Below, piece by piece: positions 57,681 through 64,000 of a stretch of DNA of 64,000 nucleotides. Origin of the DNA: a bacterium (GTDB lineage: Bacteria > SZUA-182 > DTGQ01 > JAFGSM01); NCBI GenBank assembly GCA_049472335.1, contig JBLIRO010000021.1, positions 1,766 to 65,765 on the forward strand, written 5' to 3'. The position numbers and the translations under genes are program-made. Under the pieces are notes generated by a model. The model had not been told where the DNA came from. It was given only the letters and a program-made list of their open reading frames with translations, and did no database searches. Position 1 is the stretch's first letter, and each line of letters begins with the position of its first letter.

Positions 57681-57710
57681 TCTATATCAACATCCTCTAT
57701 ATCAACATCC
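57681..57710 (+). repeat. 15-bp tandem repeat (TCTATATCAACATCC x2, then partial TCT)
   Basis: Read directly in the rpoN-hpf intergenic region. Confidence 0.8.
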
Positions 57711-57840
57711 TCTCATTTCTTTTATGACAACATGTGTTCAACAGTTTTATTTTTTTTCTATACAATTCTAATGAACCTAGACAAGATAAATGGTTATTTG
57801 GAAATTCCAAAAATTTGATTTTTATAAAGGAGGCCATTAA

Positions 57841-58377
57841 ATGCAGGTATTAATAACCGCCCGGCATATGGAATTAACAGAAGCCTTAAAAGACCATGTA
57901 AGGAATAAAATAGAGCGACTCAATAAATATGCTGATGCTATCATAGAGGCAAATGCTATCCTATCCGTCGAAAAATATCGTCATAGCGCTGAAATAACTA
58001 TAAAGGTCAATGGAATGACTTTTAATAGTGTGGATATGACGGAAAATATGTATACTTCTATCGATCGAGTAATAGATAAACTGGAAAGACAGCTCAAAAA
58101 GTACAAGGGAAAAAGGAAAGATCATAAGCATAAAAAAGAGATAGTAATCCCTTCGGATGTTTTTAGTCCGGACAAATCTGAAACACTGGCTGAAAAAATG
58201 CGTCTTGTCAAGACAGTTAGGGTTCCTCTCAGAACCATGGATCTTAATGAGGCATTGGACAATCTTGATTTGAATCCTCAGGAGTGTTTTTTGTTTATTA
58301 ATGTTAAAACTGATAAAATGAATGTTCTTTATAAAAATAGTGAAGGAAAATTATTACTTATGGAGCCAGAGGCATAA
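57841..58377 (+). CDS. hpf: ribosome hibernation-promoting factor (long form)
   Basis: 178 aa. MQVLITARHMELTEALKDHV... plus a C-terminal dimerisation extension. Canonical position after rpoN. Confidence 0.9.
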   Translation: MQVLITARHMELTEALKDHVRNKIERLNKYADAIIEANAILSVEKYRHSAEITIKVNGMTFNSVDMTENMYTSIDRVIDKLERQLKKYKGKRKDHKHKKEIVIPSDVFSPDKSETLAEKMRLVKTVRVPLRTMDLNEALDNLDLNPQECFLFINVKTDKMNVLYKNSEGKLLLMEPEA

Positions 58378-58410
58378 TGCCGATAAATATTGAGGTCGGG
58401 AGGGTGATCA

Positions 58411-58890
58411 ATGAAAGTTGCAGATCTGAAACTCATTGATCTTTTGCCTGAAAAGGTAATCGCTTCTGATTTAAAGGCCGAAAACAAGACAGAGGTTTTA
58501 AGAGAAATGGTCGGTCTTTTATATCAAGAGGGAAAGATCAATGATCAGGAAAAGGCCTTGGAAGTTCTGCTGGATAGAGAAAAGCTTGGGAGCACAGGCG
58601 TAGGATATGGCATAGCCATTCCACATGGAAAATATAATGATATTGACAACTTGGTAGCTGCTTTTGGACGTTCGAAAAAGGGAATAGATTTCGATTCTGT
58701 GGACCATAAACCTGTTCATATCTTTTTTCTTTTTTTGGCGCCGGAAAATGCAGCAAATCTTCATCTAAGGGTTTTAGCAAGGAGTTGTCGGCTCTTAAAA
58801 AGGGATACATTCCGAGAATCGCTTATGCAGGCTGAGAATGAAGCTGAGATTTTAAAGGTCATTGCCAGGGAAGAAGGGGCAATGCTATAA
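58411..58890 (+). CDS. ptsN: PTS-Ntr EIIA component
   Basis: 159 aa. Active-site GIAIPHGK. Position after hpf. Confidence 0.85.
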   Translation: MKVADLKLIDLLPEKVIASDLKAENKTEVLREMVGLLYQEGKINDQEKALEVLLDREKLGSTGVGYGIAIPHGKYNDIDNLVAAFGRSKKGIDFDSVDHKPVHIFFLFLAPENAANLHLRVLARSCRLLKRDTFRESLMQAENEAEILKVIAREEGAML

Positions 58891-58939
58891 ATTTATCTGT
58901 ATATCGTTTTTTATTTATAATCTTACGTCAAGATAAGAT

Positions 58940-59878
58940 ATGTATAATCCAAAATTCCTTACTGTCAGAAAGCTTTTTGAAGAAAAAAGAGATTTTCTGA
59001 GTATCAAGCTCCTTTCTGGCAAGTCCGGATTAAATAATAAAATACTTAAGGCAAGGCTTCAGCGGCCGGGACTTGCATTGTCCGGATATATGGATAAATT
59101 GGACCCGGACAGGATTCAAGTGCTGGGCAGTACGGAGCTTGATTATCTTGCCTCTTTGGAGGAAAAAAAGTGCAAAGAGATTTTGACAGCTATAACTGGT
59201 TTTCCTTTATGCTGCATTCTTATTACAAAGGGATTGAATCCACCTTCATTGCTTATGGAATTGGCCGAAAAAAAGGGTATTCCGATAGTTGGTTCAGATT
59301 TACAAAGCTCTATTCTTATACGTCGTTTGATTAATTTTTTGGAAGAGACTCTGGCTGAGGAGACCAGTGTTCATGGCGCACTTTTGGATCTTTTTGGTCT
59401 TGGGGTACTTATTTTAGGTAAAAGTGGAATTGGTAAAAGTGAATGTGCTTTGGAGCTTGTGGATAGAGGGCACCAGCTTGTCGCTGACGATATTGTTAAA
59501 ATAAACCTGTTGCCACCCAACAATTTGATAGGGAGTGGGTATACTATAACTCGTTATCATTTAGAGATAAGAGGTCTGGGGATTATAGATATTAAACATC
59601 TTTTTGGAGTAGCTTCTGTCAGAGAAAAAAAGAAGGTTGAATTGGCAATCGTACTTGAGGAATGGAAGAAATATGAAGAATATAATCGCACTGGATTAGA
59701 TAAAAATACCATCGAGTTTCTGGGTGTTCAGATTCCGATGATTAAAATGCCTGTAGCACCCGGCCGCAATATGGGTGTTATTTTTGAGGTCGCGGTTCGG
59801 GATTTTTTATTAAAAAAAGAAGGCATAGATTCAGCAATGGAGTTGGACCAGAGAATAAAGATGAAAAGGCAAAAGTAA
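58940..59878 (+). CDS. hprK: HPr kinase/phosphorylase
   Basis: 312 aa. P-loop GKSGIGKSECALEL and the LVADD, EIRGLGIIDI signature. Confidence 0.9.
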   Translation: MYNPKFLTVRKLFEEKRDFLSIKLLSGKSGLNNKILKARLQRPGLALSGYMDKLDPDRIQVLGSTELDYLASLEEKKCKEILTAITGFPLCCILITKGLNPPSLLMELAEKKGIPIVGSDLQSSILIRRLINFLEETLAEETSVHGALLDLFGLGVLILGKSGIGKSECALELVDRGHQLVADDIVKINLLPPNNLIGSGYTITRYHLEIRGLGIIDIKHLFGVASVREKKKVELAIVLEEWKKYEEYNRTGLDKNTIEFLGVQIPMIKMPVAPGRNMGVIFEVAVRDFLLKKEGIDSAMELDQRIKMKRQK

Positions 59879-59911
59879 ATATGAAAAAAGGATTAGGAGG
59901 AACACACAATA

Positions 59912-60325
59912 ATGATTGGAGTTGTGATCGTGGCCCACGGACAATTGGCTCATGCATTCAAAGAGGTTACAGAACTCATATTGGGGCCTCAAAAGAATTT
60001 TATGGCAGTTTCTGTAATGGCTTACGATAAATCGGAACTTGCAAGAAAGAAATTAAAGAATGCAATTACACTTGTTAACAAGGGGGAAGGCGTATTGATT
60101 CTAACAGATATGTTTGGAGGGAGTTCCTCCAATTTAAGCCTTTCTTTTTTGGAGGAGGGTAATGTTGAAGTCTTGACTGGAGTGAACCTTCCGATTTTGA
60201 TAAAGCTTATGAGTCTCAGACAAGAGCCTATAGATTTTGAATCTTTGAAAGAAAAACTTTGTATATATGGAAGGGAAAGGATTATAGCAGCAAGTGAGTT
60301 GTTGAATCAAAGGCTAATTAAGTAA
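59912..60325 (+). CDS. PTS EIIA component, mannose/fructose family
   Basis: 137 aa. N-terminal IGVVIVAHGQLA with the phosphorylatable His. Confidence 0.8.
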   Translation: MIGVVIVAHGQLAHAFKEVTELILGPQKNFMAVSVMAYDKSELARKKLKNAITLVNKGEGVLILTDMFGGSSSNLSLSFLEEGNVEVLTGVNLPILIKLMSLRQEPIDFESLKEKLCIYGRERIIAASELLNQRLIK

Positions 60326-60339
60326 GGTTTTAAATTTAG

Positions 60340-62502
60340 ATGAAACAAGTTTTTCTCATCCTTGGTATACACAATCATCAGCCTGTAGGAAATTTTGATT
60401 TTGTGCTTGAAGATGCCTTTCAAAAGGCATATTGGCCATTTTTAAAGATCCTGGAACAGCATCCCCATATTAAAATTTCTCTTCATTACTCCGGGATTTT
60501 ATGGGAATGGTTTGAGTCAGAGCATCCTCAAATTATAGATTTGTTCTATGAATTGCTGGAAAAAGGCCAGATAGAATTTCTCTCAGGTGGATTCTATGAG
60601 CCGATCTTATCGATTATTCCGGATAAAGACAAACTAGGACAAATGGAAAAAATGACGATTTTCCTCAATCAAAAATTTGGCATCAGGCCCCGTGGTATGT
60701 GGCTGGCTGAAAGGGTGTGGGAGCCAGGACTTCCTAAATTCATAAGTAATGCAGGATTGGATTATGTAATAGTAGATGATAGGCATTTTTTAGCTGCCGG
60801 ATTGGATGAAAAGGATTTATATGGATATTATCTCACAGATGATCAGGGAAAAGTTATCAAGGTCTTCCCAGGGAGCAAAGAATTGCGCTATTTGATCCCC
60901 TTTCAAGTACCTGAAAAGACAATTGAGTATTTGATCAGAATAAGAGAGCAAGGATCCGGAGATCTTGCTATGATGGGTGATGACGGTGAAAAGTTTGGGA
61001 TTTGGCCCGGAACATATACATGGGTATATGAGCAAAAATGGCTTGAACATTTTTTTGATCTGATCGAAAAAAACAAAGATTGGTTAAAGATGTGTACTTA
61101 TTCTGAATATATTTCTGAGCGGTCTCCCATTGGTCAGATTTATCTGCCATCAGGAAGCTATGCAGAGATGGAGGAATGGGCACTCCCGCTGAATGCCCAG
61201 GAAGTATTTCATTCTCTACGTACCAAGCTAAACCGGAAGGAATTTGAGAATAGCGTATATAATTTTATTAGGGGAGGATTATGGCGTAATTTTTTGTGTA
61301 AATATAAAGAAGGGAACAATATTTATAATAGAATGTTATTAATAAGCCAAAAAATCGAGGATATAGAAAATCTTATTCATGACAATAAAAGAAAACAAGA
61401 AAATGCTGGATGGCTTACATTGGCCAAGGATGAACTCTGGAAGGGACAGTGTAATGATGCTTACTGGCATGGCCTTTTTGGCGGGCTTTATTTGCCGCAT
61501 CTGAGAGCCGCCCTTTATCGTCATCTTATTAAAGCTGATAATCTGATCGAAGAGCACAGGCACTCAAAATCCACATGGACAGAGTGGTTGATGAGAGACA
61601 TGGATCAGGATGGATTTGACGAGATAGAGATAAGCACGGATAAATATTGTATCTTTATAGATCCTTATTCAGGGGGGGCTATATATGAATGGGATTTTCG
61701 TCCCAAATGTTTTAATGTTATAAATTCCTTTATCAGAAGACCTGAGATCTACCATCAGAAGATACTCGGCCCTGCAAAGGATGAAAAAGAGTCTCCGACA
61801 GGTGTCAGGAGTATTCATGATATTGAAGGCGCCAGGGAGGAAGGCCTGGAAAAGATATTGGTTTACGATAAATATATTAGAAATTCCTTACTGGATCATT
61901 TCTTGGATCCATCAACTACTATTGAACAGTTTTCATCGTTACAATATAAAGAGATTGGGGATTTTTTAGAAAAACCATATTCTTTTCAGGTGGTTAGAGA
62001 TAGCGAGAATATATGGATTCGTTTTTCCCGGACAGGGACGGTAAATCCTTCAGGCAGTGTAAATCTTTCAAAGGCACTGACTATTTCTCCAGGGGAAACC
62101 CTTATCAATGTCCTCTATTCTATAGAGAATTTAAGTGACTCTTTAGTCGATGCAGTCTTCGGAATCGAGTTCAATTTCAATCTGTTGGCGGGAAGTGCAG
62201 ATGACCGTTACTACCAGATCGATGATCAGATTCCAAGAGAACGGCATTTGGCTAGTTTTGGCAGTTTAAAAGGGATCGAGAGAGTTTGCCTGGTTGATAA
62301 AAGTGCAGGCATAATCATAGGCATCCATTCATGTCAAAAGGCGGACGTCTGGCGGTTTCCAATTGAGACCGCATCAAATTCGGAAGCAGGTTTTGAAAAG
62401 GTTTATCAAAGCTCTGCTATTTTTTTTCATTGGCCTTTATATCTCCATAGAGGAGAAAAACAGACCTATAACATGGACTGTTGGGTGAGAGAAATTTCTT
62501 AA
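60340..62502 (+). CDS. glycoside hydrolase family 57 protein (alpha-glucan-active)
   Basis: 720 aa. N-terminal LILGIHNHQPVGNF, WLAERVW and GDDGEKFG, which are GH57 conserved regions. Confidence 0.85.
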   Translation: MKQVFLILGIHNHQPVGNFDFVLEDAFQKAYWPFLKILEQHPHIKISLHYSGILWEWFESEHPQIIDLFYELLEKGQIEFLSGGFYEPILSIIPDKDKLGQMEKMTIFLNQKFGIRPRGMWLAERVWEPGLPKFISNAGLDYVIVDDRHFLAAGLDEKDLYGYYLTDDQGKVIKVFPGSKELRYLIPFQVPEKTIEYLIRIREQGSGDLAMMGDDGEKFGIWPGTYTWVYEQKWLEHFFDLIEKNKDWLKMCTYSEYISERSPIGQIYLPSGSYAEMEEWALPLNAQEVFHSLRTKLNRKEFENSVYNFIRGGLWRNFLCKYKEGNNIYNRMLLISQKIEDIENLIHDNKRKQENAGWLTLAKDELWKGQCNDAYWHGLFGGLYLPHLRAALYRHLIKADNLIEEHRHSKSTWTEWLMRDMDQDGFDEIEISTDKYCIFIDPYSGGAIYEWDFRPKCFNVINSFIRRPEIYHQKILGPAKDEKESPTGVRSIHDIEGAREEGLEKILVYDKYIRNSLLDHFLDPSTTIEQFSSLQYKEIGDFLEKPYSFQVVRDSENIWIRFSRTGTVNPSGSVNLSKALTISPGETLINVLYSIENLSDSLVDAVFGIEFNFNLLAGSADDRYYQIDDQIPRERHLASFGSLKGIERVCLVDKSAGIIIGIHSCQKADVWRFPIETASNSEAGFEKVYQSSAIFFHWPLYLHRGEKQTYNMDCWVREIS

Positions 62503-62595
62503 CATTTTAAGGGAGTATTATTTCCAGGATTTTTCGGTTTTTGTGATTTTTCAAGGAGTTTCTGAAGGATTTTGGATTTAAATTTTTAATACTAA

Positions 62596-62865
62596 ATGCC
62601 TAGCCAGACTGCGACAATCAAAAACACCCTCGGACTGCATCTGCGTGCTGCTTCAAAACTTGTTAAGCTGGCTCAGGAATATGATTCTGAAATCTATTTT
62701 CTAAAGGATAACATTAAAGCAAATGGAAAAAGTATGCTGGGTATTGTAACCCTGGGAGCGATTTGCGGATCAACCCTGGAAATAATAACTGAGGGACCCG
62801 ATGCCCAGGAACTTTTGAATGCAGTGATAAAATTAATAGAAAGAAATTTTGACGAGGAGGTCTAG
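62596..62865 (+). CDS. ptsH: phosphocarrier protein HPr
   Basis: 89 aa. Active-site GLHLRAA (His15 equivalent) and regulatory Ser in GKSMLGI. Confidence 0.9.
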   Translation: MPSQTATIKNTLGLHLRAASKLVKLAQEYDSEIYFLKDNIKANGKSMLGIVTLGAICGSTLEIITEGPDAQELLNAVIKLIERNFDEEV

Positions 62866-62872
62866 GGACTAT

Positions 62873-64000
62873 ATGTCAAAGACTTTGCATGGTATTCCAG
62901 TATCCTCCGGAATCGGTATCGGTCGAGCCTTTCTTATAGATCGTCGCAAGATAAAGGTTGAAAAATATCCTATTAAAGCTGAAGACATCCCCAAGGAGAT
63001 TGAAAGATTTCAGAAAGCCCTTGATCTTGCCAAGAAACAGCTTATGGAGATCAAGGAAAACTTGATAAAGGAGCTGGGAAATAAAGGCCATGCCCATATC
63101 GTTGATGTTCATATTCTGATATTGGAAGATGAAATGCTTATCAATGAGGCAATAAAGATTGTGGAACAGGAACGAGTTAATGCTGAATGGGCACTCCGGA
63201 CCGTTATGAGTCAATTCGTGAGTATCTTTGAAGGCTTGGAAGACTCCTATTTAAAGGAGAGACGAAGTGATATAGAACATGTTGGAGAAAGGATACTGAG
63301 AAACCTGGTTGGCAAAACCATAAGCAATATTGACGAATTGGATCAGGATGTTATTGTCATAGCCCATGATCTTTCCCCTGCTGACACGGCACAGATGCAT
63401 AAGGGAAAGGTCCTTGCCTTTGCAACGGATATAGGTGGCAGGACCTCTCATACGGCCATAACTGCAAGATCCCTTGAGATTCCGGCAGTTGTAGGTCTTG
63501 AAAACGTTTCTGCCACGGTTAAGACAGGAGATCCTGTAATAGTGGATGGTAATGAGGGTTTATTGATTGTCAATCCTACTACTACGGAGTTCAGAACATA
63601 TCTTGATAAACAAAAACATTATAAATATATAGTCTCAGAACTTCTTAGGCTAAAAAAGTATCCGGCTGAAACCTTCGACGGATACCGGATTGAATTAAAA
63701 GCAAACATAGAATTTTTTGACGAAATTCCTCATCTTTTAAGCCGGGGAGCGGAAGGGATAGGATTATACAGAACCGAATTTCTATATATGACCAGAAACT
63801 CCCTTCCCACTGAAGAGGAACACTTTCATGTCTATAAAAAATTGGCTGAGCAGATTGCACCATATTCGGCTGTCATAAGAACGCTTGATATGGGCGGGGA
63901 TAAGATAGATTCCCATCTCCATGCTATTGATGAGCCTAATCCGGTTTTAGGGCTAAGGGCCATCCGTTTTTCTCTGAAGCATCCGGATCTTTTCAAACTC
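62873..64000 (+). CDS. ptsI: phosphoenolpyruvate-protein phosphotransferase (Enzyme I), first 376 codons; runs out of the window
   Basis: Absent from the ORF track (no stop within the window). The ATG at 62873 gives MSKTLHGIPVSSGIGIGRAFLI... with the phospho-His region GGRTSHTAITARSLEIPAVVG and GIGLYRTEFLYM. The three minus-strand track ORFs here are antisense artefacts. Confidence 0.9.
   Translation, partial: MSKTLHGIPVSSGIGIGRAFLIDRRKIKVEKYPIKAEDIPKEIERFQKALDLAKKQLMEIKENLIKELGNKGHAHIVDVHILILEDEMLINEAIKIVEQERVNAEWALRTVMSQFVSIFEGLEDSYLKERRSDIEHVGERILRNLVGKTISNIDELDQDVIVIAHDLSPADTAQMHKGKVLAFATDIGGRTSHTAITARSLEIPAVVGLENVSATVKTGDPVIVDGNEGLLIVNPTTTEFRTYLDKQKHYKYIVSELLRLKKYPAETFDGYRIELKANIEFFDEIPHLLSRGAEGIGLYRTEFLYMTRNSLPTEEEHFHVYKKLAEQIAPYSAVIRTLDMGGDKIDSHLHAIDEPNPVLGLRAIRFSLKHPDLFKL

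Noticed and set aside
62876-63863. Three minus-strand ORFs (112, 66, 72 aa)
   Set aside because: They are antisense to ptsI, which is open to the window end and was therefore missed by the ORF track.

Overview
This 64-kb window comes from a Gram-negative, sigma54-containing bacterium. It carries LPS-transport, TonB-receptor, PEP-CTERM and multihaem cytochrome genes, but the taxon cannot be fixed from sequence alone. Two conserved housekeeping blocks flank a ~44-kb accessory region dominated by secreted and cell-surface proteins. The left block (1-6.3 kb, minus strand) holds truB (5' part), nadX, recX, recA, thpR, cinA, an AAA ATPase and a tRNA-Met(CAT). The right block (51.3-64 kb, plus strand) holds metK, ahcY, an lptC-like gene, lptA, lptB, an IHF/HU gene, rpoN, hpf, ptsN, hprK, EIIA(Man), a GH57 glycosidase, ptsH and ptsI. 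The ptsI gene is only its 5' part, is open at the window end, and is absent from the ORF track. The accessory region contains: decayed toxin-antitoxin remnants next to the tRNA; a secreted protein interrupted at a T8 tract; SHOCT, GNAT, TonB-receptor and LuxR-regulator genes; a Cys-rich secreted repeat protein; a small-peptide + YcaO + ABC-exporter operon (RiPP-like) behind a sigma54-type -24/-12 motif; a 1170-aa protein with 16 thrombospondin type-3 repeats; a subtilase; PEP-CTERM and HAF-repeat proteins; a multihaem cytochrome operon; and a five-gene cassette (small paralog, LVIVD propeller, 7-blade propeller, LVIVD propeller, small paralog). The most striking signal is that at least eight secreted proteins with unrelated globular domains carry the same Tyr/Phe/Trp/Pro/Gly/Asn-rich low-complexity module. 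It sits directly after the signal peptide (mature N-terminus Gln + aromatic) and/or at the C-terminus. I read this as a candidate undescribed surface-matrix or retention-tag system. Several short non-coding motifs recur upstream of these genes. No CRISPR array, integrase, transposase or rRNA was seen. All calls come from reading the sequence and from motif memory; no searches were run.
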